Virus record (IMG/VR): IMGVR_UViG_3300046167_000733
Span: 32,001-96,000 of that record
Length of the DNA: 64,000 nt
Origin: a virus
Direction: 5' to 3' (one strand)
Shown here: positions 9,613 to 19,090 of the stretch, in pieces
Numbering within the stretch: the first letter of the stretch is position 1
Layout: the number at the start of each line of letters is the position of its first letter
Notes under the pieces: generated by a model
Seen by the model: the letters and a program-made list of their open reading frames with translations, nothing else
Told to the model about the DNA's origin: nothing
Databases searched by the model: none
Made by a program: the position numbers and the translations under genes

Positions 9613-10326
9613 TATCCTACCTTATATATTTGTTCTATGGATTCTATATTATGAAATACTCGTTGGTATTTATCTGTTTCTTTTTGTCTGCTCATATCCT
9701 CGTTGAGAATAATATTAGATACGAGTTGAACATTTTCTCTTGGTAATATTCCACCCTGTAGAGTTCTATCTGAACCCCTGTAGATATCAATCAAGTCAAA
9801 CACTTCAGTACAATGAGGTGAGAAGACTGCTTTTATTTCGTGTAACTTATGTTTACTGTTTGTGAGTGATTCGTTTCCAAGTAGGACAACAGCATCAAAA
9901 GGTTCTCCGTCATGGTTCATTCTAACCTTGTCTTGTCCTAGATGATAGAACGAATCAACTTCTACAATATCAACATCGAGGTCTTCATACAACCCACCAA
10001 ATCTATTCTCTAATCTCTTTGGTGTTGTTACACTCATCTTACCTACTCCATAATTGAACTTATGTATTGCAGGGATAAGATGGTCACCTTCACTGTGTGT
10101 AGGATTACTTGATGTCACAACAAGAATATTCTTATAATCACCTGCAAGTATCATAGCACTCATAACAGAAGCATCACTTATCAAATCAACAACATCATCA
10201 TCCTTTAAGTGCTTTTATGTATTCTCTTATATTTGCGAGAAGGTCTTTCTTGCGTTGACGATTGTTAATGACAGATTTAAACTCTCCATCAACATATCCC
10301 ATAGGTTGTGTTCTATAGCGTATCAT
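9612..10326 (-). CDS. hypothetical protein; apparent +1 error near 10205
   Basis: ATG at 10326 (MIRYRTQPMG...) joins ORF 9612..10184 if CTT AAA G GAT is read as CTT AAG GAT. Confidence 0.6.
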
Positions 10327-10328
10327 AA

Positions 10329-10592
10329 CTATCCCTGATATATCTTTTGTATGTGGTCTTCGAACTGTTCTACCTTCTCAAGTCTATTCTGCCACAGGAT
10401 GTAATCTTTCTCTGGGTTCTTCTTGAGGTTATTGAGTAGAGGTGTTATTGCGTTATATAGTTTATCTAGTCTGTCTTGTGTCTCGGATACTGATGTAGAT
10501 ACAGTCTCAACCTTTGCAGTTGCCTGTTGTACTGCTTCTAGTTCCTGTTCATCTACTATCGTAAAACCGAAATCGAATAAATCGTCTGCCAT
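10329..10592 (-). CDS. conserved hypothetical late protein
   Basis: MADDLFDFGF...PLLNNLKKNPEKDYILW; AGGAG RBS; late promoter upstream. Confidence 0.75.
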   Translation of the reverse strand: MADDLFDFGFTIVDEQELEAVQQATAKVETVSTSVSETQDRLDKLYNAITPLLNNLKKNPEKDYILWQNRLEKVEQFEDHIQKIYQG

Positions 10593-10610
10593 TTGTAAAT
10601 CTCCTAGTTC

Positions 10611-10618
10611 TATTTATA
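10611..10618 (-). promoter_or_regulatory. T4-type late promoter
   Basis: TATAAATA on the minus strand upstream of 10592. Confidence 0.8.
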
Positions 10619-10661
10619 TAAAAAATAATTACAAAAAAGTGAAAAAAAATGAATTATTCAC

Positions 10662-10690
10662 TTGACAAAAGATGTTTCATATGTTACTGT
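10662..10690 (+). promoter_or_regulatory. sigma70-type early promoter
   Basis: TTGACAAAAGATGTT start shared with 11441; -10 TACTGT at 17 bp; A-rich UP element. Confidence 0.7.
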
Positions 10691-10727
10691 AAGACATAAT
10701 AAGAAATATATAGAAAGGAAAATTATT

Positions 10728-11018
10728 ATGAATTATTTAAATACTATAACAAAAACTAACGTTGACAGACTGATAGGTTTGCTTGACCCTGATAGTGGTG
10801 TATCAGTAACACGAAATGTGTACCCTGATATGATAAACCCTAAAGGTCATGTTACTCACAAGTATATAGTTGACACTATAAATCGTGATGCTAAACTAAG
10901 TAAACTCAACACTAAAGATAAAACATATCTTAGAAGATTGGTACAGTCAGTCTACGGTTGCTGTTGCTTACGTAAACTAGAATTAGAAAGGAAATATTAT
11001 GAAAAAAATAGATTATGA
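10728..11018 (+). CDS. early hypothetical protein
   Basis: RBS GAAAGGAA before ATG 10728; the TTG at 10662 in the ORF track is the -35 box. Confidence 0.65.
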   Translation: MNYLNTITKTNVDRLIGLLDPDSGVSVTRNVYPDMINPKGHVTHKYIVDTINRDAKLSKLNTKDKTYLRRLVQSVYGCCCLRKLELERKYYEKNRL

Positions 11019-11256
11019 ATGTGAAGGTTGGGCATCTGGAGTCAATGGCGAAACAGCATCTGCTACCATTGAGTTTACTGCGACAATAGTAAACGGAAAT
11101 GCAGTTGTTGATGCTGAGTCCATTATGGTTTGGGCAGAAGGTATATCTGATTGTTCTGAAACAGTTACTGAAATGCAGTGTCCACAAGATATGATGGAAC
11201 AATGTAATGAGTACTTAGAATTTTTAGGTAATGAAGAAATATATTCATACGCATAG
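10999..11256 (+). CDS. acidic early hypothetical protein
   Basis: TAGAAAGGAAATATTATG leader; very acidic 85 aa. Confidence 0.7.
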   Translation: MKKIDYECEGWASGVNGETASATIEFTATIVNGNAVVDAESIMVWAEGISDCSETVTEMQCPQDMMEQCNEYLEFLGNEEIYSYA

Positions 11257-11268
11257 AAAGGAAATATT

Positions 11269-11406
11269 ATGAATAATTTATGTGAAAGATGTGATGGAAG
11301 TGGAACCGAGTGGTTCAACGGAGTAGAGTCAGAAGATGACTGTATGACCTGTGACGGAACAGGCACTCAAGAAGGATGTGATGATTTATTCAGGTCCATT
11401 CGGTAA
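11269..11406 (+). CDS. 45-aa DnaJ-type zinc-finger miniprotein, not in ORF track
   Basis: CERCDGSG and CMTCDGTG (CxxCxGxG twice); same TAGAAAGGAAATATTATG leader. Confidence 0.75.
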   Translation: MNNLCERCDGSGTEWFNGVESEDDCMTCDGTGTQEGCDDLFRSIR

Positions 11407-11440
11407 AGTAGATTTTAGAAAATAAAATATATTATTTAGC

Positions 11441-11469
11441 TTGACAAAAGATGTTCCGTATGATACTTT
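11441..11469 (+). promoter_or_regulatory. sigma70-type early promoter
   Basis: TTGACA-17-(TG)nTACTTT. Confidence 0.75.
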
Positions 11470-11493
11470 AATAATATAAGAAAGGAACTTATT

Positions 11494-11745
11494 ATGAAAC
11501 TAGTATATGAAACGCAAATCGTAATAGAGAATAAATGTAAAGGTGGCAACATCTTTGTGTTCGATGTCTCTATTGAAGAGGCGCAGTCTGAAGACTACTC
11601 TCGTTTCTATAACGAGATGAACTTGCCAGACGGTAAAGATTATTGGGAATGTATCCGTTCCGAGTACCTCGTGGACGAATGCGATTGGGCAGAATGGTTG
11701 GATGATTGTCCAACATACCTACAGAAAGGAATAATTTATGGGTAA
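11494..11745 (+). CDS. acidic early hypothetical protein
   Basis: GAAAGGAA RBS. Confidence 0.7.
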   Translation: MKLVYETQIVIENKCKGGNIFVFDVSIEEAQSEDYSRFYNEMNLPDGKDYWECIRSEYLVDECDWAEWLDDCPTYLQKGIIYG

Positions 11746-12350
11746 TACACTAAAACTAAAATATCGAAAATATCTAGGTGAGTTTCATCTAAGACAAAAC
11801 CGTGGTGCAAGAAGAACACGCGATACTGAGAAAAGAAAGACTTATCGTGCCGAATGGGCATACACCAGAAACATGGGTGGTAAAGATATGTTCGAATCTA
11901 TTGAAGAAGCAGAGAAGTTTGCTAAAAGAATATACAAGTCTAAGACTTGGAATAAACTTTGGGAAGAAAACTTTAGGAGTTGGCAAACTGAAAATGTAGG
12001 AACTAGAAAACCTATCATACTTGCGGCACAAAGAGAGTCAAAAAGACTTGGTGGACATACAGATGGTCATAGGGTTACTCTTTATAAGAGTGGTCTTTGC
12101 AAGTATACTCTACTTCATGAACTTGCGCATTGCCTCGGTCATATGCATCATGGTCGGTCATTCCGTAAAACAGTCCTTGCTTTGGTAGGAACCTTTCCTA
12201 GGAGCAGACCATAAGAAAGAACTGAAGAGATGTTTCAAAGAACAAGGTCTCAAGTATGGAGACGCAAGGAAACCAAAAACCTTTGAACAATGGCAGAAGT
12301 CTTATACACACATGATGTTGTTGAGACATAGACAAAGGCAAGCAAAATGA
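11738..12350 (+). CDS. zincin (SprT-like) metallopeptidase-domain protein; apparent +1 error near 12195
   Basis: LLHELAH..HHGRSF; continues FLGADHKKELK... to stop at 12350 after removing one T. Confidence 0.7.
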
Positions 12351-12511
12351 GTAGAGAACTATATATGGAAAGAATCAAGAATGCCTATGAAGCATCGTAT
12401 CGATGTGAAGGGGGTTCTTGGGGTCGCGGATATTGGAACAGTGTAGTTGAACAACTTCACAGGAACTATTGGCGAGGAATAGAAAAATCTAAAAATGATT
12501 TACACAGGTAA
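12347..12511 (+). CDS. 54-aa hypothetical protein, not in ORF track
   Basis: MSRELYMERIKNAYEASYRC...; ATGA-coupled. Confidence 0.55.
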   Translation: MSRELYMERIKNAYEASYRCEGGSWGRGYWNSVVEQLHRNYWRGIEKSKNDLHR

Positions 12512-12517
12512 GAAGGT

Positions 12518-13060
12518 ATGAATATATTTCACGTAGATACTGACCCAAAGATTTGTGCCGAACAGATGTGTGACAAGCACGTAGTGAAGATGGTAATTGA
12601 GACTGCTCAGTTACTATCAACCACGCATCGTGTTGTAGATGGTAAAGAGTATAAGGGTAAGACAAAGTCTAATCGTAATATCAAACGTTGGTTACACCCT
12701 GACTCAGAGATGGAAACAAAACTTTACAAAGCATGTCACGTCAATCATCCCTCTACTATTTGGACAAGAGAAACATCATCAAACTATGAATGGTTGTATA
12801 CACACTTCATTGCGTTGTGTGATGAATACACTCATAGGTATGGTAAGGTACATATGACTGACACTAAGTTACGCAATACATTATCTCGAACACCTCGCAA
12901 TCTTTTACAGGGTGGAGTGACTGAGTTCAAACAATGTATGCCTGACTACTGTAAACGCAAGAACCCTATTGAGGCATATCGCGTTTACTATATTAATGAA
13001 AAGAAAGATTTCGCTAGATGGACGAAAAGAAATATTCCATCTTGGTATATTAGTGCTTGA
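12518..13060 (+). CDS. pyrimidine dimer DNA glycosylase / endonuclease V family
   Basis: MNIF..D.DP..CA...CDKHVVKM..ETAQLLST, HVNHPSTIW, AYRVYY. Confidence 0.85.
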   Translation: MNIFHVDTDPKICAEQMCDKHVVKMVIETAQLLSTTHRVVDGKEYKGKTKSNRNIKRWLHPDSEMETKLYKACHVNHPSTIWTRETSSNYEWLYTHFIALCDEYTHRYGKVHMTDTKLRNTLSRTPRNLLQGGVTEFKQCMPDYCKRKNPIEAYRVYYINEKKDFARWTKRNIPSWYISA

Positions 13061-13085
13061 CTTATTGTGTAAAGTATGATATAGT
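13057..13085 (+). promoter_or_regulatory. sigma70-type early promoter
   Basis: TAGTGC-TTGACT-17-(TG)nTATAGT. Confidence 0.75.
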
Positions 13086-13120
13086 ATAATATGTAACAAC
13101 TAATAATAGAAAGGTTTAAT

Positions 13121-13306
13121 ATGAATTATAGTTGGGAAAAAAGAAGACGCCGTGAAAACAAGAAAGTGGTTGAGGACATGTTCTCTGGGAACTATGACAA
13201 AGACTACAAGAAAGGCATTTCATGGGGAAATGATAATAAATATGCAGACTCACTCGTAGGTGATATCTGTCGTAATACAAGAGCATACGAAAATGACTGG
13301 AATTAA
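13121..13306 (+). CDS. hypothetical protein
   Basis: GAAAGG RBS, 61 aa. Confidence 0.6.
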   Translation: MNYSWEKRRRRENKKVVEDMFSGNYDKDYKKGISWGNDNKYADSLVGDICRNTRAYENDWN

Positions 13307-13307
13307 T

Positions 13308-13568
13308 ATGACATACGAAGAAATAGTAAACACACTCCGAGAGGGTGTAGTAAAGTTATCCTTTACGAAAGTGAAGGATGGTGGCGTTCGTGATATGACC
13401 GCAACCTTGAAATCGGATTTGATACCCGAAGACAAGATGCCTAAAACAGACGCGAACGAGAAACTTCAGAAGAACCAAACTGCGGTACGAGTATTTGATA
13501 CTGACCTCAATGACTGGAGAAGTTTCCGCGTTGATAGTTTACTAACCTTCAATCGCGCCACCGCATAA
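13308..13568 (+). CDS. SH3 beta-barrel (WYL_2-like) protein
   Basis: LSFTKVKDGGVRDMTATL...VFDTDLNDWRSFR. Confidence 0.8.
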   Translation: MTYEEIVNTLREGVVKLSFTKVKDGGVRDMTATLKSDLIPEDKMPKTDANEKLQKNQTAVRVFDTDLNDWRSFRVDSLLTFNRATA

Positions 13569-13569
13569 T

Positions 13570-14038
13570 ATGGCAAAGAAGAAACGTAAACTCAGCTGAG
13601 GAACAACGTCTTGCCGCGAGTGAACGTCTTGCGAAAGCACGACTTGCTCGTGGGCATGATGGCAGTGCATCGGTTCATGAGGATATACGAGACTTACCTG
13701 AAGACCATGCCTTGCATTGGAAGAAAGTAAAACAGTGGATAAAGAACTGTGAACTTGATATCAAAACAAAGGACATGCGTCTGAAGAGAGACTCAAAGAA
13801 TTGGAAAGAACGTAACGAGTATACGAAACTCCAAGTCTATATTGCTAACATGAAGTCATATCTCAAAACAGGAATGTGGTTAGATATGTTTTATGGTGAT
13901 GAGATGCAACATAAAACAAGATGGACTGTTCTCAAAAAAGGTTACCATGATAATGGTGAAGTGAAACGTGTCACGGGTCTTTGGTATGATGATATCGGAG
14001 TATGGGACAAAACAAAGAAAGAAGAATATGAAAGTTGA
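13570..14038 (+). CDS. conserved hypothetical protein; apparent +1 error near 13597
   Basis: MAKKKRKL-(S/T)-EEQRLAASERLAKAR...HWKKVKQW joins ORF 13712. Confidence 0.65.
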
Positions 14039-14306
14039 TTTTATACAGGGTGGAGCAGATAGTCCTACCGACGAAAAAGAAGAAAGTAATTTCTTAAACA
14101 AAAAAATGTTCAGTAAGTTGATAGAAGATACCGTAAGGAAAATGTCTATGTCTTATATGGATGCCGTAGTATATCTCTGCGAGGAGATGACAATCGAGAT
14201 TGAAGATGTTAAGAAATATCTATCAGTATCTATCAAAGAGAGGATTGAGGCAGAAGCAATGAACCTAAACTTTCTTGAGAAGTCTCACCCATTACCCACA
14301 ACATAG
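14028..14306 (+). CDS. gp33: late transcription coactivator gp33
   Basis: FSKLIE..V....SYMDAVV.LCEE..IE......S.SIKERIEAEA..LNFL; next to gp32. Confidence 0.85.
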   Translation: MKVDFIQGGADSPTDEKEESNFLNKKMFSKLIEDTVRKMSMSYMDAVVYLCEEMTIEIEDVKKYLSVSIKERIEAEAMNLNFLEKSHPLPTT

Positions 14307-14319
14307 GAGATAAAAATGT

Positions 14320-14359
14320 TATAAATACACTTGACTTTACAGTCACAATATGATATAAT
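14320..14359 (+). promoter_or_regulatory. tandem late (TATAAATA) and sigma70 promoters for gp32
   Basis: TATAAATA 14320-14327; TTGACT 14331-14336, 17 bp, TATAAT 14354-14359. Confidence 0.85.
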
Positions 14360-14402
14360 ACAAACAATACAAAAAACACAAAACATACAAGGAAAAATAT
14401 AT
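14360..14402 (+). promoter_or_regulatory. A/C-rich unstructured leader, candidate gp32 translational operator
   Basis: ACAAACAATACAAAAAACACAAAACATACAAGGAAAAATATAT has almost no pairing potential. Confidence 0.55.
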
Positions 14403-15329
14403 ATGTCTTTTGCTAATCTAAAATCTAATCGTACTGATGTTTCTAAACTCGCTAATGCCGCCGCAGAAATGTCAACCACAAAAAAATCCACAAATAAATA
14501 TGAAGACTTACGGTTCTGGAAACCGACTGTCGATGAGTCTGGCAATGGTTATGCTGTTGTAAGATTTCTTCCTGCAGGGGAAGGTCAAGAATTACCTTGG
14601 GTAAGATACTTTGACCATTTCTTTAAAGGTGCTACAGGTCAATGGTATGTAGAGAAATCTCTTACCACACTGGGTGGACAAGCAGACCCTGTGAGTGAAT
14701 ACAACTCACGTCTTTGGAACTCTGGTATCGAAGAGGACAAAGAAACTGCTCGTAAACAAAAGAGACGACTACATTATGTAACCAACATTATGGTACTAAG
14801 TGACCCATCTAATCCTTCTAACAATGGTAAAGTATTCCTTTACGACTTTGGTAAGAAAATCTTTGATAAGATTATGGATAAGATGCAACCTGAGTATCCT
14901 GATGAAACTCCTGTCAACCCATTTGACTTTTGGAGTGGTGCTGATTTCCAACTCAAGATACGTAACGTTGCGGGATATCGTAACTACGACAAGTCTGAGT
15001 TCAAGTCTCCGACACCTCTATTAGAAGGTGAAGAAACTAAACTAGAAGCAACCTATAATACTATGCATGACATGAGTGAGTTTACTGACCCATCATCATA
15101 CAAGTCTTATGATGACTTGAAGGCACGACTTGAAGTTGTGTTAGGTCAAGCAACTGGTTCTGGTTCTACTATGAAGAATGAATCATTACAGAGAACTGCC
15201 GAGACTGTTGGGTCTAAGTCAGTTGAACCTCAAGTGATACCGTCTGCACCTCAACCGAAGGTCGCGATGGCATCTGAGGGAGATGATGATACATTATCCT
15301 ACTTCGCGAAACTCGCGGCAGAGGATTAG
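14403..15329 (+). CDS. gp32: single-stranded DNA-binding protein
   Basis: MSFANLK, FWKPTVDESGNGYAVVRFLP, FGKKIFDKI, NPFDFWSGA, acidic tail DDDTLSYFAKLA. Confidence 0.97.
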   Translation: MSFANLKSNRTDVSKLANAAAEMSTTKKSTNKYEDLRFWKPTVDESGNGYAVVRFLPAGEGQELPWVRYFDHFFKGATGQWYVEKSLTTLGGQADPVSEYNSRLWNSGIEEDKETARKQKRRLHYVTNIMVLSDPSNPSNNGKVFLYDFGKKIFDKIMDKMQPEYPDETPVNPFDFWSGADFQLKIRNVAGYRNYDKSEFKSPTPLLEGEETKLEATYNTMHDMSEFTDPSSYKSYDDLKARLEVVLGQATGSGSTMKNESLQRTAETVGSKSVEPQVIPSAPQPKVAMASEGDDDTLSYFAKLAAED

Positions 15330-15335
15330 GACTAA

Positions 15336-15363
15336 GGGGAGACTTTCGGGTCTCCCTTTTTTT
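15336..15363 (+). terminator. rho-independent terminator
   Basis: GGGAGACT-TTCG-GGTCTCCC followed by T7, at a convergent junction. Confidence 0.9.
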
Positions 15364-15364
15364 A

Positions 15365-16855
15365 TCACATTCCTTGAATAAGACTACTACCATATCCTCT
15401 AGCAAGTCCAAATCTATCTTCTCTATTAAGTGCATCAGAAATCATACCCACGAGACTAAATCCACCACTGCTATTATGGATTTGACTATTGTCGGTTGTT
15501 GGAGCATTGACTATAATTGGTAGGTTCGTTCCTAACAACTGACTATTTGGTCCTCTTTCTAATAAATCTTCCAAGTTTTTAAGGCGTATTGCCTGTTTCT
15601 CCAAGTGTCTTATTCTGTCAATTTCTATCTGCTCAAGTCTATCATAAATTTCTGGGTTAGGTAATAATTTTAATCTACTAAACTCATCAAGTTCTGTTTG
15701 AGTTCTACCCGTCATATTAAATTTTGCTAATTGTCTTTCAATCCTCAAATCCCCTATACCTTCCCTACCACTTCTTCTTCCCTTTAGAAAATTTCTTGAC
15801 ATTTCTCCAATTCCACCTGGAAGAATAGTGCCTAATGTCGCAACAGTATCTCCTAAAACATTTGTAACTGGCGCAACTATTCCTTCATCAAATCCAAATA
15901 AAGTCCCTCTGACAATACCCATTTTTTTTATTGCTTTATCTTGTACTTCAAATCTTGCTTTTTGTTCTACAAACTTTGTATTAAAAGATGCTCTCTGTCT
16001 TTCTCTGAATGTTCCATTTTGAATTACGGCATCCATAATTTCTTTTTGTTTGTCTTGAAGTTTTTGACTTTTAAACAGTCTTCCTATAATACCATATGCC
16101 TCAGACTGAAAATTAATTGCCTCATCATTCATTCTTGCCATTAATGCACCAAAACCAAATTGTTCTCTAAATTTTAAAACATTCATTCTGGACTTCTGGT
16201 AAAAATTCATCTCCTCATCAGCAATCTCATTAAACTGTTCACCTCTCTTCTTTGTAGAGGTTATTTTATCTAACGCCAAACCAATACCACGCGCGGCAAA
16301 GTTCAACACAGGGGTACCTTTAAACTTATCTTTTAATCCCTGTTCACTTGCACCCATCCTGCGTGGTTCAATTAAATTTCTTTTTTCTTGAACCTCCTCA
16401 TCACCTACGACTACATCTTTTATATTATCAAGAAGTTTTCTTATTGGTCCAATTGATTTTGAAAGTGCTAATAAAGCAAGACCTATTCCTACAATTCCTA
16501 ATAAGAATAATCCAAAAAACTTCAGTGTTTTCATAGAGAAGAGTTTGAACTTTTCATCACTTTTTTTCTTATCTTTTTTCTGATTCTTGAAGAAACCAAA
16601 TAATTTAGAGAACTTTCCATCAGTCTTTTTATCATTATTCTTTTTTCTCTTTTCACCTTCTGCAGTATCACCTTCTTTAGAGTTTTTGTCTCTTTTTAAA
16701 CCTTTAAACTGTTTATCAAATATTTTTATTTGTGTTACTAATAACTCATTTGTTGTGTCAACCTTTTCCGCAGTTTGCGCGGCAAAAAACGCAGTTTCTC
16801 CGAGTGCCGCTTGTTGTTCATCTCGCATCTTTTCTGTTACATCTTTTAATGCCAT
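15365..16855 (-). CDS. probable tape measure / baseplate hub protein (gp29-like)
   Basis: Helical, one hydrophobic segment, C-terminal IIVNAPTTDNS; downstream of gp26/gp51. Confidence 0.55.
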   Translation of the reverse strand: MALKDVTEKMRDEQQAALGETAFFAAQTAEKVDTTNELLVTQIKIFDKQFKGLKRDKNSKEGDTAEGEKRKKNNDKKTDGKFSKLFGFFKNQKKDKKKSDEKFKLFSMKTLKFFGLFLLGIVGIGLALLALSKSIGPIRKLLDNIKDVVVGDEEVQEKRNLIEPRRMGASEQGLKDKFKGTPVLNFAARGIGLALDKITSTKKRGEQFNEIADEEMNFYQKSRMNVLKFREQFGFGALMARMNDEAINFQSEAYGIIGRLFKSQKLQDKQKEIMDAVIQNGTFRERQRASFNTKFVEQKARFEVQDKAIKKMGIVRGTLFGFDEGIVAPVTNVLGDTVATLGTILPGGIGEMSRNFLKGRRSGREGIGDLRIERQLAKFNMTGRTQTELDEFSRLKLLPNPEIYDRLEQIEIDRIRHLEKQAIRLKNLEDLLERGPNSQLLGTNLPIIVNAPTTDNSQIHNSSGGFSLVGMISDALNREDRFGLARGYGSSLIQGM

Positions 16856-16879
16856 ATCTTTACCTTATTACTCTAAGAA

Positions 16880-17052
16880 TTATTTATTCTTTTCTGCCTC
16901 TTCTTCAAGATGTGTTTCCAACAATGTCAAATAAACTTCTCTTTCCCAAGGCATCATATGATTGATATCAGTAAGAGAATAATTGAAATGTTGCATCAAC
17001 GCGAAATTAGTTTGATAGTGATTAATTAAACTATCATGTGAGAGGCATACTA
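16880..17052 (-). CDS. gp51: gp51-like baseplate hub assembly protein, in the -1 frame of gp26
   Basis: LVCLSHDSLINHYQTNFALMQHFNYSLTDINHMMPWEREVYLTLLETHLEEE; no own RBS/start at its 5' end; missing from ORF track. Confidence 0.8.
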
Positions 17053-17757
17053 AAAAAAATCTGAGAGACCCTCCAATGTTAATTTGTTTTCTCTATTACA
17101 AGCAGAACAAGTCCACTCAATCTTTTTCTGTAGTGAAGGAGTACTATCAATAAACTCTGTAACTTTCTCAAATTGTTGAGTTGTCATAGAGTCAATAAAC
17201 CCTGTTATTTCTTCTGAACTCCACTCCGTTATTCTTTCGTCTGGTGTGTTTATAGAAACTATACAATCCTTTACCATAATCATACCAAACTCTGAACCTG
17301 ACATACCTTCTTTATAATTATTAATAAATGCTAGATAAGTTGGATATCTTAATTCTATACTTATTTCTTCGTTTAATTCGATAGTAGGACTCTTTGGATT
17401 GTCTTGAACAATTTCCACACTCGTCAAGTCAACAACAACTTCTGTACTTGCTTCACAACCTTCCTGTTGACATTTTGCGTTAAAGTTTGAGGTTTCTCCT
17501 ACAGACCTTGCGCGTATTTGAGTAAACAAATATTCAACATCATATGTTGTTAACATTTTTGGGTTTAGTGTATCATATACACATGCAACAATAGTATCTA
17601 TCATTGCCCTCATAGAAAGTTTTTCATCTTTAGACTCAAATGCCTGTAAAAGTATTTTCTCTTCTTTTACGAAATAGGGTCTGAAAGTTATTTTCTTTTT
17701 TGAAGAGGGTATCTCAAGTTCATATCTGATTGATTCATTTAATTTAGGTAGTGCCAT
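17050..17757 (-). CDS. gp26: baseplate hub assembly protein gp26
   Basis: MALPKL, FRPYFVKEEKILL, DVEYLFTQIRARSVGE, two CxxC-type pairs, ends LEGLSDFF. Confidence 0.9.
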   Translation of the reverse strand: MALPKLNESIRYELEIPSSKKKITFRPYFVKEEKILLQAFESKDEKLSMRAMIDTIVACVYDTLNPKMLTTYDVEYLFTQIRARSVGETSNFNAKCQQEGCEASTEVVVDLTSVEIVQDNPKSPTIELNEEISIELRYPTYLAFINNYKEGMSGSEFGMIMVKDCIVSINTPDERITEWSSEEITGFIDSMTTQQFEKVTEFIDSTPSLQKKIEWTCSACNRENKLTLEGLSDFF

Positions 17758-17789
17758 AATATTTATTTTTTCTCCATAGTAATATTATA

Positions 17790-18494
17790 TTAAAAGATTT
17801 TTCTTAGTATTCCACCAAGTAGTGCTTCGCCTAGTTGACTTCCTCGTGTTTTAAAGTTTTTGCTTTCCCAATTTTTGTAAGATAGTTGAACAGTAACTTC
17901 CATCAATCCTCCCTCACCTGTTGCGAGAGGTAATACATTCATTGATGTAGGAAAAGCATTTATAAGTTTACATTCATATACAACATCTTCTGGTAATATA
18001 GCATTGAGGTCAAACTCACCTTGTGCGAAATCTAGAGGTCCAAGTCTCGGTAATCTTCCCCTAATACTTGATGGTATCTTACCTGTATCAAATAATTTTT
18101 TCTTTGCAATAGGAAATGCCACACCTTTTTTGAGTTGTTGTATTGTTACAGTTTTGGTATAGTCGCTATGATAACCTATAGTTTGTGCTTCTTGATTAAA
18201 CGCAAGATTTTGCCATTCTTCAAAATACGACCTTGTTTTGTAATCATTCAAAATATAAAAAGACATCGCAACATCTGCAACTATATATCCATACGCAACC
18301 TTTTCCACTTCAGTTCCTGAACGAGAATCAATCGTTGTTATTTGTCTTCCTGGAAGGTCACATCTAGTACAAAGTATTGTCATTTCTCTTGCATTATCAT
18401 TAATAGGAGGCAACTGAACCCTGAACATATTGCCCATTGCCATACCACCACCAGATGATACCTCTGAAAGGAAATCGTCTATACTTACTGCCAT
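17790..18494 (-). CDS. gp54: baseplate tail-tube initiator (gp54-like, gp19 fold)
   Basis: GGGMAMGNMFRV, C...DLPG, FEEWQ, NAFPTS, VTVQLSY. Confidence 0.7.
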   Translation of the reverse strand: MAVSIDDFLSEVSSGGGMAMGNMFRVQLPPINDNAREMTILCTRCDLPGRQITTIDSRSGTEVEKVAYGYIVADVAMSFYILNDYKTRSYFEEWQNLAFNQEAQTIGYHSDYTKTVTIQQLKKGVAFPIAKKKLFDTGKIPSSIRGRLPRLGPLDFAQGEFDLNAILPEDVVYECKLINAFPTSMNVLPLATGEGGLMEVTVQLSYKNWESKNFKTRGSQLGEALLGGILRKIF

Positions 18495-18497
18495 ATC

Positions 18498-19085
18498 TTA
18501 ACCTATCATTTTTCTTGAATCTTTATACGCAGTAAGAGGATTAGGTATCTTAGCAAACTGAGCAATCGGAAGGAATGTTGCAATCTCCCATTCAGGGGCG
18601 GGTACTCTCGCGAACTGACTTTTTACATGGGCAGAAAGGTAATGTTTAAAACACGGTTTGAAATATCTCATACTACTCATACCTTTGAGTCTTTCATATG
18701 TAATATCAAACTTTGCGTTAGGTGATTTCTTACTTGTAGCAACTTCCATTAATGAGTCTAACATCTTTGCCCTTAGTACAGGGGGAAGGTAGTGAAGATT
18801 CAATCCATAGAAACCTTTCTCAGCAGGACCAACTACAACAACCAAAGGAAACTTATCGTAATAAGGTAGTGTATCTTTTGTCTTTGGGTCATAGAAGAAC
18901 ATCTGCATAGAACCAACGATTTCTTGTCCACCTCTTTCGATAGGGTCTTCTTGCATTAGGTCTTTACGATTGATTCCACGTAATGCCTTTGCACGTTGAC
19001 GAAACCACTTACGTGATTCATCGGTACGAGGGTTCACACCCGCGCGGAATGCTTCTCTTGATAGTGTATCGAATATCTTACTCAT
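18498..19085 (-). CDS. gp2: DNA end protector protein
   Basis: YDPKTKDTLPYYDKFPL, GLNLHYLPP, KPCFKHYL. Confidence 0.92.
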   Translation of the reverse strand: MSKIFDTLSREAFRAGVNPRTDESRKWFRQRAKALRGINRKDLMQEDPIERGGQEIVGSMQMFFYDPKTKDTLPYYDKFPLVVVVGPAEKGFYGLNLHYLPPVLRAKMLDSLMEVATSKKSPNAKFDITYERLKGMSSMRYFKPCFKHYLSAHVKSQFARVPAPEWEIATFLPIAQFAKIPNPLTAYKDSRKMIG

Positions 19086-19090
19086 ACGTC

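Noticed and set aside
8902-10326. Zeta-like kinase plus upstream gene as an epsilon-zeta toxin-antitoxin pair
   Set aside because: The upstream protein (~237 aa, alpha/beta) does not resemble an epsilon antitoxin, and the context is a late lytic operon.
10662-14402. ORF-track starts at TTG 10662 and 14331
   Set aside because: These TTGs are the -35 boxes of promoters; the starts with RBS are 10728 and 14403.
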